Assembly: GCA_024679065.1 (NCBI GenBank)
Contig: JAGIQG010000016.1
Coordinates: 13,640,001 to 13,704,000, forward strand
DNA from: Sphyrna mokarran
Taxonomy: Eukaryota
DNA length: 64,000 bases
Direction of reading: 5' to 3'
Under the pieces are notes generated by a model. That model saw only the letters and a list, made by a program, of their open reading frames with translations, did no database searches and was not told where the DNA came from. Positions 1-13,074 of the stretch are shown piece by piece. The translations under genes were made by a program, and so were the position numbers. How positions within the stretch are numbered: the stretch's first letter is position 1; the number at the start of each line of letters is the position of its first letter.

Positions 1-1040
1 GCTATGTTCACTTCCCTGATGCAAATCGTTAACACATTCTGTAAACGATTTTGTTCCAGCTCTGATCTCTATAACATTCCACAAATTATACATGGAAAAA
101 CACGCTGTACATTATATCTATATACGTACCCGGCTCTTGTCGAATTTGATAACAAATCGAAGTGCTTCTGATTTTGTCCCTCAGTTTGAACATAAATTAA
201 AAAAAAACATGGATAGACAGTGAGAGCAGAGCTCAGAATTTCATATGGATGCAGGTGTCAAAAAAATAGCGTAAATTGACCAGAATTTTTGGGATTGATT
301 ATTTATAATTCTGCATTTTTAATTTACCGACGATCATAATTTTTTATTGAAAAGTTCGGCAGACAGAAGAAAATGAGACTCTGGAAAGTTAAATCTAGCT
401 CCTGCGATTATTCATTCAGTTAACTTATCAATATTGATTAGAGGAGATATGCTGTCTGATGGAGGTGACTGCTTGGTATGCTCGATCTGTAGGACTTGGG
501 GGTTCACTTAATTTAAACATACAAAAGATTCAGACATATAAAATTATGCCGATCTATATATGTGCATGNNNNNNNNNNNNNNNNNNNNNNNNNNNNNNNN
601 NNNNNNNNNNNNNNNNNNNNNNNNNNNNNNNNNNNNNNNNNNNNNNNNNNNNNNNNNNNNNNNNNNNNNNNNNNNNNNNNNNNNNNNNNNNNNNNNNNNN
701 NNNNNNNNNNNNNNNNNNNNNNNNNNNNNNNNNNATGGAATGTACACCAACAATGTAAAATTAGAAACACTAAATGTTCAGAACTGATTTGAACTATTGG
801 ATCCACTCCCCATCGGATCCTATCATTGCCAACATTTCATTTTCATTATTCACACATCAATGCTTGCATTGGTTTCTTGTTTCAGAAATTGAATCGTTGA
901 AAAACGAGTTGCAAGAATTGGGTGAGAAGATAGCTGTGGATTGCATTGCCTGCATATATGATAGAACATATTCGTGGAATTTCGTAATAACTGGGATGTT
1001 TCAACAGTTTTCTGCACGTAATGTGGTAATTTGAAGGGTT
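1..1040 (+). pseudogene. Degenerate ARHGAP29/45-like copy A (end of N-domain plus F-BAR), spans the gap
   Basis: MFTSLMQIVNTFCK resembles VFSSIETLAFTFGN. MEVTAWYARS resembles IELALSYAKT. MFRTDLNYWIHS resembles ALEQDLEFGHS. SEIESLKNELQELG resembles NEMEKQRKEIKELW. Confidence 0.6.
569..734. other. Assembly gap (166 N)
   Basis: Run of N characters. Confidence 0.99.
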
Positions 1041-1329
1041 AACGAACATCTAACTTAAAATAAAACAATGCTATGCATTAAGTAATTATTTCCAAACCGC
1101 TGAAACTCTCCAACATGCAGTTCATCTTCACTTATTATGCCTGCGAAATTATCAGTGCAACTGCCAAACAGTGAGAATGATATCACAATGAATAAAATGA
1201 AACTTTACAGACAGTTTAGAAGGATTGTATGGGAAACCGCCCCCTCCATTGCTGTAAAGTAATTGCTGGGATATTACATATTTTTCTTTCTACCGGAAAG
1301 TGCAAAGAAAGTCACACAATTGGTAACGA

Positions 1330-1630
1330 ATTGGTAAATCCATAGCGTGCAGAATGAGACACAAAACCCTTTCAATCCACACGTATTCTCCAGAAGTGAA
1401 CGTTAGCACTATCCCCTCCATATTCCTATGAACCGCGACATTCGCCATGGCCGATATACTTAACATAAACGTACTTTAAAAGTAAATGATCTAGCATTGT
1501 AACTCACCGAATTTACAGATCTTTGGAATGTGGGAGCAAAGGGGAAGACCTTAAATGAAGTCCGCGCTGGAAATGGGAGAATATGCAGCTGTACATGTCA
1601 AGCAGTTCAGTGTTTTAATGAACTGGAACC
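1330..1630 (-). mobile_element. Old V-SINE-like remnant
   Basis: ctttggaatgtgggag... is a decayed reverse complement of the V-SINE core. Confidence 0.5.
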
Positions 1631-2599
1631 CTCGGTGTTGCAACTGCAATACTAAATCAACGCATGTTTCTTGTGACTTTCCAAGTAAGCTTTTTTTTTT
1701 AATTCTGCATCTTTGAACAGTCAAGGTAAAGGCATGGTGAAACAAAATGGTAAAGAGTAAATAAATAATCAATAATGAGAAACACCGATATACAAAAGCT
1801 TCTGGAAAAGTGGACAGTGACGAATGGACACATGAATTTAATGAAGATCAGGACAAATCTGAAAATGATCAATACTTAGTAACGCTAAGCTGCAGAAAAC
1901 AATATTTAGCGGGCATCATACGAAACCTTGGACGAAATGATCGAAATGCTATAAATATATCGTCCACAGGGCACTTAACATAAATGATTTCTGAGATTCA
2001 TTCAAGAAAGAAGGAATCAAAAGAAGTTAGACCAGAACCAACAACATGAATTTCAGAAATGATTAACCTATTGCGCTTCTGCTGTGTTTAAACATGGAGT
2101 GCATTTTTCTACAATTTTGTGACATTGTGGCTTCCAAAAATGATTACAATCAAATAAGTAGCTGCAAACACAGAGGATTTTCCAAACTAAGAAAGATTTT
2201 ATCCCATCTAATATACATCATGAGCAAAAAGGTCAAGCTGATCTTTGGTTGACAATTAGTAGTGGAAAGTAATTGGAAAACCTCCCTTATTCTGCTTTGT
2301 AGTAATGCCATGACTATTTTCTTCCACCTCGTAATCTGATGGGAAATACTTTAACATCACGCATGGCAGGCATGAAAACGATCTGACACATATCAAATCA
2401 ACGAAAAACGTATTTCGAATTTAGTGTAACATTCCAAATCTAGACAGGAAAATGAAACAAAGCAAAACGTCTCAAAGAAAAGTAAGATTTGATCTGGATG
2501 ATTGCAAACACAACGCAAGGACTAGTTGGTCAAAAAAGCAGACGTGCTATCTTCGATAATGGTTAACTGTTGTTTTTTTGGCAAATGTTTGATATGGAT

Positions 2600-4450
2600 G
2601 TAGCTCCAGGAGAGGTAGTTGTAGTGTTTTATACATATGAGCAGTGGGTGAATTTTAGTTTACTTACGAGATTATCTCATGATCCATATATACAAAGAAT
2701 TATAACACAGCACAAGTCTTGGTTTGCCGCAATACTAACATGATCGTTAAAAGGTAGACGATAAAATCATAGTTTAATGCCCAGATCCCAAACCACACAA
2801 AAAATATACGTTCCTAATGCAGGCTGCATGTGATTTTGTTAAGGCGGTTGACAATTTGTCTGTGCAGGGAGTGTTACATTCAGCCGCTCCTACCAACAAT
2901 GCTCGAGTATGGCCAGCATGAAAGGTCGATTTTTCTTGATGTTTAACAATCGATTACAAAATGTTAATCAAGTTTTCTGCATAAACAGCGCCAACTGTTT
3001 TGTGAAATTTGTGAAAACAAATTTCACAAGTCAAATGCTTTTCCGTGTTGTATATAACTAGTGTTTTTTTGGTCAATTCCATTATATTAGTTGTGCCAGT
3101 ATAAATTTGCGCTAACGTTTCCAGGCCAGCAATATACTTGGAGTTGCTTAGCTCAGTGTTTTCATAATTCTCCATCTATATTTCATTGTCAGTGGCTCCA
3201 TGATTAGAGATATTTTGCAACTCGAATTTTAATTCAGAATATTAATGAGAATTTGTTACAAAATAAAACCAGATCAGAACATTCTCAGTAAGTGGATGAA
3301 TTGTTTACCCCCAGATTAATTTAGATGTAATGTTACCCTATAAAAGCTCATATATGCACTTAATAGGCTTTATTTAAGCACTGTCTACTCAACGTAAACG
3401 TCAGTTTGACAAAAAAGAAAGATTTGATTCTGTCTTACAATTACCTCTTCCAAAGGATGCCAATGCACTTCGAATTTACATTGGTTTAGTTGGATACAGC
3501 AGATATCTTATTGATGAGATTGCCACTCATGAAATGCTCCGTGGTTCTGGATTGAAGAGTACACTCACGCATTATCTGGTTTAAAGCGTGCTTTGACTTA
3601 TGGGACAGTATTTTTTAATGAAGAACTCTTATCTTCTGTTTGCATTGGAACTGGTGTTAATTGATTTAACTCTTTCAGATGTCCTTTTACAAGAAAGGCA
3701 CAACAGAATGTGATCTGTGCCTTATCATGTCAACTCACTTCCCCAGTGGAACAAACGTTTTCAGGCAAAACAATTATTTACATATCTAATCCCTTAAATT
3801 AAACAGAGCACATATCTTTATAGTTTTCTGTTTGATGATCGAGTCTAATTTGGCTGTTAGTCAACTTAGTATAGCACGGCAAGCTGTTGTGCTTCAAGAG
3901 AGAGAGATTACATTTGAACGTACCGGAACGCATACATTTCTGGCTAATGATCTTCATTATTGAGGCGCACATCATGAATGCCAAGTTTTGACATTTAAAA
4001 TATTTAAATTTGATTTTGTGTTTTCATTCGTCACAGAGCTTAAGACACATGATTGATCTAACATAAGTAAAAATGAATCGAAAATATAGAGCAGTTGGTC
4101 AATCATATCTGCTGAATAATGAATCAGTTCTCCCATTTTTTCAGTGGATATGTGGATTGGTCTTATCAAAGCAGGAAAAATAGCCTTACGACTGAAAAGT
4201 AAACAGCTGAGCATTGCGGTGTTGATGCACTCTCATCGTGAATGGACGTTTTTAACATGATGTCTCCGACATTGCAATTTTAAGGTTACACCAATGCATT
4301 TCCAACAACGGTTAGTTGAGGTAACAGAGGCTGAAAATGAAACAATATTCACAAGTGCTAAATGTGAGAACATTGGGAGACAAAGTGTGATATGAAAAAC
4401 TACAACGTTGACAAAACACCACACATCCAACAAACTACTTGTGCGAGTTA
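2600..4450 (+). mobile_element. pol: Decayed retrovirus-like pol (RT, thumb/tether, part of RNase H)
   Basis: Translation through stops gives PDPKPHKKY..QGVL..NNARVWPA*KVD..LTIDY..WSIPL..CQYKFALTFPGQQYTWSCLAQCFHNSPSIFH. YxDD has eroded to NINE (3238-3249). LPLPKDANALRIYIGLVGYSR, LKRALT and DVLLQERH follow. Confidence 0.88.
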
Positions 4451-4499
4451 CTCAAAGCTATACTTTTGACATTTAATAAGCAGAAAGAAGGACCTTTCG

Positions 4500-5551
4500 G
4501 CTGCATAATCTTATCATGCCGCATTCACGACTGGACCACTGAGTTTCAGCAAAGCGAGTTCTGCCAGCAGCTCTGTTCATGAATCATTGTGTCCAAACCA
4601 GATTGAGTGTGTCCACACTTGCCGGACAATAAAAGCGAATCAGAACTGAAGTTATGAGTTATGTTTGTCAGCAGTGTTTTTTATGATGGTTGTGACTGTG
4701 TATTTCAAGAGATTGTTGCAGCGTTTCCAATTGTGTTCCAGGAGTCAGTGTCTGTACGACTGAACCACTGTTATTCTATTTCAAGTAGACTCAAAAGGAG
4801 CACATGGCCTTGGAATACGATGACAATTTGGGAAGAAATGGATATGTCTCAACAACCAGTTTTGCCATCAAGAAGTGTGCTGTCTTCAATATATGTAGCC
4901 AGCTGCTTTAATACTGAAATTCTGCTTGTCGTTCTGGAGCAGGCATAACTGTTTCCATGGCAAAATAGAGGACTGAGCTGATCATTGTAACTTCTGCTGA
5001 CAGCAATCCTGTTGAAGCGGCCTTGATTGTGGTGCTTTTCCGCTTCACACGGATTTGACAGGCCCGTGAGTGACTTGATTACAATTGACTGAATGAATGC
5101 ATTAATATTTAATTACCTGAGACTGATAAATTGAGTCTTGTCATATAAATAAAGTCAGCTTGAGGGTGATTTACTAATAACATCTGCATGGAATTCAAAC
5201 GATTGCTTGGGAAGCTATTCCATAACCTTGGTCTTCACGGAAGCATAAAAATAAGAGTCATACTTTGTTTTACATCCCGAATTATTATCGTGTCTGCATT
5301 TTTTCTTTGCTACGATTTTTAGGCGACAGTACCTTAAACGGTGAATCTGCAGTTGAAGGTCAGGTCATACAGGAAACCAAGCAGGGAGCGCGGTGAGGAA
5401 TCGGAATAGTAAAGAAAAGTTCTGTTCTCCGCGTCATCTCAGGATCAGATTGCAGCCACACGAGTACAATACTCTGCATACGTTTAACGGTTAAATAAAT
5501 GAGCGAAACTTCTCCGAAATGAGCATTTTTCCTCAGCTCATCGAAACTCAT
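4500..5551 (-). pseudogene. Degenerate ARHGAP45/29-like copy B (N-domain to start of F-BAR)
   Basis: STGLLSAEVTMISSVLYFAME resembles TVETLTAAGTLIAKVKAFHYE. TAHFLMAKL resembles VSEFLMGEV. GLDTMIHEQSCW resembles GVDAALEYAKAW. Confidence 0.7.
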
Positions 5552-5799
5552 ATCACTTCAACGAAAAATGGAAGCTTAGTCTCATTCATGCAGTGCTAGT
5601 GATTGATGTTTGTGACTGGAAGTATTTTTTTTTAATTGTGCAGTTGCTAGTTATTGCAATCTCTTTGCAACCAAATAATGCAATCTCTATACAGCGAATG
5701 CATTTCCTTCAAATGTCTAGAAAGTAGAATAGTGCTGTCCAGTATCTACCCCGAGGCTGTTGCATTCTCAATTAAGTCGTTCCTTGTAGAGAATAAATG

Positions 5800-5940
5800 C
5801 TAAGTTTTGGCAGCGAAACTTGAAAATTAAACAGTAACTTTGAAGTGGAAGATACTAGGCAACGCGTAACTTGGAAATCAGATCGTTTTGCTGTTTTCTT
5901 TTCGCTTTTGGAAACGAACGTTGAAATATCTGCAGAATAA
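5800..5940 (-). pseudogene. ARHGAP45-like F-BAR fragment
   Basis: FVSKSEKKTAKRSDF aligns ungapped with LISYLEKRTTLEMEF. Confidence 0.5.
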
Positions 5941-6324
5941 AATTTTCTTTCGCGTGTATGCATTTCCTTATACGAAAGCCCTGCATGCCCATATAGTTGG
6001 TGTCGTAGTGTCGCGTAGGTCAGATATCAAGCGCTGCGTATTTTGTTTTATTGTCCGTTAATCTTGCAATATAAAATCACATCCCGGAAGCCGAACAACC
6101 TCTAATTTATGCAATTATTTTCTGGGAGTGCCCTGTCATTAAATCGATGTGGCTAATTAACACAATCCAGCAGAATGTTGGAGTAAAAGCTGAGATGTTA
6201 GCAGATCAGATTTGCTGCATGTGGGTGTTGAAAAGAAATGGCACCAGAAAGAACAATTACATTAGATATAACGTATAGGCATTATGGTCAAGAAACGTTA
6301 CAAGTGACTGGAAAAAGGCATAAT

Positions 6325-7600
6325 GGGACCAAATCTCCCGAAAAGCAAATCGAAATGCTGATTTGGGAAGACAAATTGCGTAGTCCACGATATATATAGT
6401 GCAAATTCAAACTCGGATCTCCAAAACTCTCTGGACTTCAAAGGTCACAATTGTGAATCGCAGTGAAATCTGTGAGTGTGTTTGGGGGAGGGAGGCGGCT
6501 AGGGGCGGTGAGGAAAGGGGGACTGGGGCTATTCACACCAGTATCCGAAAGTTCCGGAACTCTGCGCTTGTGCAGTAACTCCGAACTGTGAACCATCTAT
6601 TTGGGACATGCGGAGTTCTGTCCCCGAAGTCCCTCCCATCTCCCAACCAGCACAAAAAAACCTCCGATATTGCCTGGTCATGGGCTCCACGCGCATTCCC
6701 GGTCAGCCCCGAAATCTCAGCCAGAGCATCGCAATATCCACTCCTCCTTCTCTCTCAGCAGTGAAGTTTCTCGCGGAACTCACGACTCACTCCCCTTTCC
6801 CTGACCTCCTTCCCACCAGGAGAATGACCCACCACAAGGCAGGCAGGCCTCCCCCAATCTCTCCCGCACCCTCCCCTCAAATAACACACCACTTCTCTCA
6901 AGAACTCCTCCATCAACGGCCTGCCGGCAGTTCTGACCGATCCTATCTACAGATTGGCAGCAGCATCCACACCCACACCATTTCACCTCGCCTCCTCCTG
7001 CACTCCCTACGCTCGAAAATAGCTCAAACCCCTTTGGTCATGCCCCTATGACCCGGCTTTTGGCCTTGCCCCCTAGATCGCGCCAATTTGCCCTTTTCCC
7101 TAGGCTTCGCTCCCTTCGCCTCAATCCTCGGTATCCCTGGACATGGCCATTCTGCCTCTTAGGCAGTGCCAAGGGCAGGCTGGCACTGTGTGAGTCCTTG
7201 CCCAGAAGCCACCTTCATCCTGTACACTGCCCGGCCTCGTGGGGGCCCTCCTTGCCCTTTCACCCGGGATGGGTGCCCCGCTCGTTCCATGCAAATACGG
7301 AACTCATCTAAACACCCAATGGACTGAAATATTCCAGGCCAGTGGAAGATGCCATGGCGCTTGGCATTCCATGCGGGCCCGATCCTGATATTAAAAGAGG
7401 ATTGAAATCAGATGTAAGTCTGATTTCACTTCTCTTCTCACAGGTTTCAAGCGCGGTCCCGACTTCATCCGCTTTTCTGCTGTAGGAGAGGTGCATGTGT
7501 ATGGAAGGCAAGCCCGAATACCGAGTAATGGCCGAATCTCGCGACCCAACACGCCAAAAAAAATGGAAACAGCGGGAAGGAAAAACCAGGCCTCGTATCT
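6325..7600. mobile_element. GC-rich non-autonomous DNA transposon (probably Harbinger-derived)
   Basis: GC/C-rich island. Internal similarity to 63170-63340 (cctcc..tctctc..gcag; ttgggcagtgccagg / taggcagtgccaagg). No coding homology seen. Confidence 0.5.
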
Positions 7601-7809
7601 CCCAGCTTACTTCACGAAAGGAACAAACTGGGAAAAAATGGATTTCAAAGGCCTGGGATCCAACTAACTGTCACCGGAATATTATCAAATCCATTTTAGT
7701 ACTTAACACTTCATAACCTGAAAGACTGCACAATACAGGCTTCAAATTGGGCAACAAGGGGCATGCTTTTGGAGACCGAAGAGGATGAAGTGAATCGTAG
7801 GTTCCCTTA

Positions 7810-8232
7810 CGTGGGCATAAATTGAATATTATTGACAGTGTTTCAGCGGGAAATAAAGTTGACGTATTAGTGACAGTTAGGCTTACATCAACGCCACATT
7901 GAAATTACTGTGAAATTTTGTAAAAATACTGCGAAAAATGTTAAGATGCCCTGGCTTTGTGAATTAGAAATGTGGTGTCAATAAACTCTGGGATACACAT
8001 TTTTTGTTGTTGCTTTATGTGATCATTGACATTTTCCGATTTTTTTTTCTACAGTTCTACATCAGATCTTGCGATACGCTAATGGTCAACAAACAGCCAT
8101 TGAGTTTCTGGCTTATATGAAGAACTATTGTGATAATTTGCTATCGCCGCGTTCAGAAGGGATACTATTGGAGCGGTGCTGTGAACCACAAACCTCGCGA
8201 AAAACAAATGGTGTAATGATAAGCAGCATGTA
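7810..8232 (+). pseudogene. Degenerate ARHGAP45-like copy C
   Basis: QILRYANGQQTAIEFLAYMKNYCDNLLSPRSEGILLE..ISSM aligns ungapped with LLQRCEGGVDAALLYAKNMAKYMKDLISYLEKRTTLE..QSVM. Confidence 0.7.
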
Positions 8233-8394
8233 AAGGGATCACATTAGTTAAGAGTAGCGATAATAAAGTGAACCCTGGGGAGGGGGGGGGGGAGGTAGAG
8301 GGGGATGAAATGCACAATTATGGGAAATTAAGGAAAAAAATGACAAGAAACGGTGGTGATAGAGGTTACAAATCTAGCACTGAATCAACAAATG

Positions 8395-8895
8395 AAATTG
8401 AACTAAATAAGGTTGAAAGAGTGCAGAAAGGCTTCCCGAGGATGTTGCCAGGACTTGAGAAGCGGAGTTGCACAGAGAAATTGAATAGTTTAAGACTTGA
8501 TTCGCTGGAGCGTAAAAAATGAAGGGAGGTTTGATAGAGGTGTATAAGATTTTGATGGCTATAGATAGAATGAATGCAAGCAGGATTTTTCCTTTGAGGC
8601 TAGGGGAGAAAAAAAAAACAGAGGGCATGGGTTAAGGGTGAGAAGAGAAGAATTTAAATGAAACAATAGAGGGAGCTTCTTCACGCATGGAGTTGTGGGA
8701 GTGTGGAATGAGCTGCCGTACAAAATGGTAAATGCTGGGTCACTTTTAACATTGAAGAAAAAATTTGGACAGATACATGGATAAGAGGGGTGTGGAATGA
8801 TACGATCCAAGTGCAGGCCAGTAGGGCTATTCAAAAATAGTACAGACAAGATGGGACCAAAGGCCTTTTTTCTGAGCTGTCATTTTCTATGATTT
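8395..8895 (+). mobile_element. CR1/HER1 LINE 3' fragment
   Basis: ERVQKGFPRMLPGLE..SLERKK ORF2 C-terminus, followed by the 3'UTR and a ttctatg tail. Confidence 0.92.
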
Positions 8896-9111
8896 CTTTG
8901 GTTTCAAAAACGGATGAAAATTTACCTCAATGCCTTTAAAAGGATAACAAAATGACTCGACAATCTCATACTTTTATGAATAAACCAAATAAGAATATAT
9001 GTTAGAAGATTGGAATTACCATTGCATTTGTTCAATTGCATGATTTAAAATGGGGGCCTACAATTTATAGGATAAGGATAACCTTCATTCTGAGGGAGGC
9101 ATAAGCATAAT

Positions 9112-9635
9112 TTAGGCGCCTGTTCGTACCAAAAGTGATACGTTGGCAACAGTCATTCGATAAGCTGGAGTCGAGCTGTTCGAAATATTCAACAAAATTG
9201 GACAAAGTTTAACATTGTTGTGTGAAACGGATTCACAAAGTGAATTAAAAAGGACTTTTTTGTTCTTAGAAGAAACATCCATTGTGCATAAAAGGTTAAT
9301 GGTAGATGTAATGCATTTTGCTTTCAAGAAAATATTTAATGAAAGCTCTTTATAAAATGAGCATGGTTGCGCATTGTCGAGCGGAGGAGTTGGAGTGGAT
9401 ACATAAATATCAATAAAGTGATGAGTGGTATGAAATCTCAACTACACACATTTATCAAAATGATCTCCATGAAGGGATTGCATAGCTGCTTCGAAAAGTT
9501 TCTAAAGGAATAAAGACAGTTCGAAGTGTTACCTCTGAAAAGGTTTTTTGATAGCAATACTATTATATAATGTTTCTTTCTAACTATGACGCAGTGCCAA
9601 GCACTGTGATGCAAAACGGAAGACTGTCCTTGCAC
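9112..9635 (-). pseudogene. RhoGAP-domain relic, copy D
   Basis: NLFRG (Arg-finger position). KQLCNPF resembles EKLCQAF. IDIYVSTPTPPL resembles LKLYLRQLPEPL. FYKEL resembles LYHEL. YRMTVANVSLLV resembles NKMTPGNLGIVF. Confidence 0.72.
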
Positions 9636-10630
9636 GCCAATCGTAATTCAAAAGTGAATTGACTTTTACTTTATCCTTTTGTCTTCCGGGGTTGTAAATC
9701 TTTCTTTTTTTTTAACTAAACAGGAAGATAAATCCGAGGGTTTAAATATTTTTGTGAGAAGGTCGATAATTTATTTGTGCATAAGGAGGCAGTTATTAGA
9801 CTACCATGAGATTGACCTATGTTTATACTAAACGAAGAAGAAAAAAACAATAATGTTGCGACTGAGCTATCAAAAAGAATGTGCATTGGCATTTTGACAA
9901 ACATTTTTTTTTTCTCTAACTGTGGCGTCACGGGGAACAGCACAATGGAGACCTAAATGAAATGTGGAAGAATAAACAGAGAACAAAAGACAAAACTAGG
10001 CGAAACAAGACAAAAAAGAGAAAGACAAAATCAATCTCATAAGGAAAAAAAAATAAGGGCAAATGCTATGTTTGAAGTTTGTTGAACTAAATATCGAATC
10101 GAGATAACCTTGTCAACAGATTATACGGATACCTGACCTTGTCCTCATCTTTACTGGAAGACGATGGGAGAATGGACAACCAGGTACCAACGACAGGAAT
10201 TAACCTTGAACTGGCCAAAATAGAATCTTGTGTGAAGCCTCCAGCTAAAAACACCTTCATCTACCCCTCTGCTCCATATTCTGCAGGGACACTTCTCTCT
10301 GTGAAGCACTCCTAGTCCATCCCTCCACCTGTTTTTTTTTTCAGATGTTGCCACGTTACCTAATAAAAGGAGATTAAAATCCATCCCTGCACAATTCAGT
10401 TTCCTCTCGATTCCAAAAACTATTTTTACACGCATTAACGTTTTATTCGTATTCATTTCAATTTAGAATGTTTCATTGGAAGCAGTTTGGCTCATTGGTT
10501 GTAGTTCAAACATCTCGACTAAAGGCACTTTTTTGGAGTCCCAGTTAAGTGGTTGATAAATTTCGATGACTCTTTCATAATATGACCAAACTTAGTTTTT
10601 ATTAGAGTGTTGTGTATGTCTATATTACCC

Positions 10631-10870
10631 GGCGGCATTGTAGCACAGTAGATAGTGCTGCTGCTTCAGAACACCAGGGACCTGGGTTCGATTACTGGCT
10701 TGGGTCACTGTCTGTGTGGAGTTTGCACATTCTCCCGGTGTCTGTTGGATCTCCTCTGGGTGCTCCGTTTTCCTCCCACATCCTGACAGACGTGCAGGTT
10801 AGGTGCATTGACCCGAACAGAGGCCAGAGTGCGGTGACTGGGGAAATTTCACAGTAACTTCATTGCAAAG
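10631..10870 (+). mobile_element. tRNA-derived V-SINE (HE1-like)
   Basis: A/B-box-like head (gggttcgatt) plus V core tctcccggtgtctg..tttcctcccaca. Confidence 0.9.
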
Positions 10871-11299
10871 TTCTCTTAATGAGTGTGAATTACTGTAAAT
10901 TTCATTCTATGCCTCCAATACGTCGTCCACTTGCTGTGGGAATCTTAAATTAGAGTGTTTCATAATTTATGCAGGCAATTTGTTCACTTCAGAAGCATTG
11001 CAGGTAGTTCTGACCTCAGTGCTTTGATGTTGCTCCGTCCGTTACATTTCCGACCGTTTTTTGGCCACAAGCTATGACATTGCTTTCGGCTCCATACCTC
11101 CTTACATCTTGCCCCCTTGTACTACATTATGTTATAACATTCAACACTGTTGAATACAATACACTGTGAGCTTTTTGATGAACAATTTAAATACAATTCG
11201 TAAGCTGATTCTTAATTCATAAACAACTACATTGTACATATTCAGTGCCACTACTGCATGCTGTTTGCAACTATCATTGCGCTGACGTTCTGTTTTCTC

Positions 11300-11620
11300 A
11301 TCACGTTCCTCTCAGTTCAATTAGAAAGCAATCTATGTTTGATCTGAGAAGAATGGTTTGGTCTGACAGAATTACTCTTTTATTTTTGGCAATATGCTTG
11401 AAAGACGGAATTAAATTTCGCTTGTTCTGCTTTGTGCACAATTGAAGAAAAAACACATGACAAAAATGAAGGTAGGCAAACATTTGAGTATTCAACACGT
11501 GAATACCAATCGGCACGAGCTGTGCTTAATAGTTTTATTTTCTGAAAAAAAGACGGTTGTGCTATACACATCCTCAATGATGGATATTGGGCCATTCTGC
11601 AAACTGTGACTTTCTAACGA
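11300..11620 (-). pseudogene. ARHGAP45-like N-domain fragment F
   Basis: MAQYPSL resembles ISKYPLL. KAEQAKFNSVF resembles DLEKQEFEKAL. Confidence 0.5.
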
Positions 11621-12129
11621 TCAAACGTCTTCCTCCCCGAAGTTCCACAAAAGCTTGGGCTCTGAGATGCATTACAAGAATGTAAACACCTGTGCTTGTT
11701 CTCTATTGGGTTCCCTGGAAATGGAACAGGGAAAAAATTCTGATTTTAACTCCTGGTTAACGACATAGTTGAAATAGCGCTCCACTTTCTCCTAACTCAA
11801 CTCCAAATTCCCGCCCGCCTCCACCATTCCCCATCCCCTCCACCCTCTCCCACGCCCCGTTCCTTCCACCCTCGCCACCCGTCTCCCCTCCACCCCACCA
11901 AAGCAATTCCCCGGATCATCCACCAACACTGGTAATAATACCAGCGGCCTTTGAAGCGCCTGTACTGTGTCTCGTACAATCCCTCTCTTGGAAAGTATGT
12001 TCGCGAACATCTGCAATAACAAAAATCGATGGGCAATCAAGACAATTTCGCAGCACAAGAATGTATGCTCCAGTGACCCAGGATAATATGCCTCTGAACT
12101 GGAAACCACACGTGGGCAAAACCATAGAC

Positions 12130-13010
12130 TTCAGATCCAGCTAGGCAACTTATCTGTCACGTAACTTCTCACCCGATTAACCTTCCCACATGTAGTCGCC
12201 CTACAACATTCTCAGTTGTGCGTTCCTCCATTCATCCTTTCATTTTCTCCATCTATTTAGCCATTTATTAGCATTGATAATTGATATTAAGAATAAAATT
12301 AAACAACGCAATGAATATGGTAAATTTACGTTTGAAACTGCCATTCCTTTCCTGTTCTTCTTCAGAGCGTATTGTGAACGAAATGCATAGCACCAAGAGA
12401 CCAAGCTTCTTTCATCAGCGACTTACAGTCTTATGATCATTGCCATGTTCAACAGATGGGTATCAGTGTCTCTGTGTGTGTGTGTGTGTGTGATTGTTTG
12501 TGTTGCTAAAACAATATGACAAATACAGAACAAAATAAGGGCATTCAGTGCCTATACCCTGCCCGGATAAGAATGTAGCTGTTTTTATTTTAAACCAACA
12601 CCTGCACAGGATGTTGGGTTATCAGAAATCGATGCACGCCTGTCCTACAACCTTGCGAGTATAACTCCAACATTTTTAACTAAACAATTGGAGCTATCTG
12701 TGAAAAAAATACTGTTCAAGACATCAGCTAACCTGTCAATCATCCCGACTCAAACTCCGCTCCATAATTTCCAAAGGACCATGCAACTCCAGAACATTTA
12801 ATAAATCAGATCTGAAAAAAAAAAATTGGAAACGTTGTTGTGTCAATAACAATGCCGAAAAATGTGTGCAGATAAAACAATATCAGTAAAATGCTAGAAG
12901 CAATTAAGAAAAAACTTCAAAGAAGCAAAATTATAAAGGCACAGTATAGCCCCAAATGACAATATTGAATAAAAAATCTTGAATACGTATCTCATATCCA
13001 TTAGAAAAGA
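12130..13010 (+). pseudogene. Internally deleted ARHGAP45-like copy G (F-BAR, C1 and RhoGAP pieces)
   Basis: AYCERNA*HQETK resembles GYVQRCEDHDKAR. KTI*QIQNKIR resembles TALRQIQEVIR. KKLETLL resembles KRCLETLL. YSPND..ILNTYL resembles ASPHD..VLKLYL. Confidence 0.7.
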
Positions 13011-13074
13011 GCGTCAGAAACTATAGTAGCTATATTGGTGCTTAAAGAAAGGTGTTATGGGTCAAGTGAGTAAA

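Noticed and set aside
459-806. ORFs spanning the N run
   Set aside because: Artefacts of the assembly gap.
6601-7716. Several 60-150 aa ORFs
   Set aside because: Pro/Ser-rich chance ORFs in a GC-rich repeat, with no recognisable domain.
10631-10700. tRNA-like sequences (here and at other SINE heads)
   Set aside because: These are SINE heads followed by the V core. No intact cloverleaf is evident.
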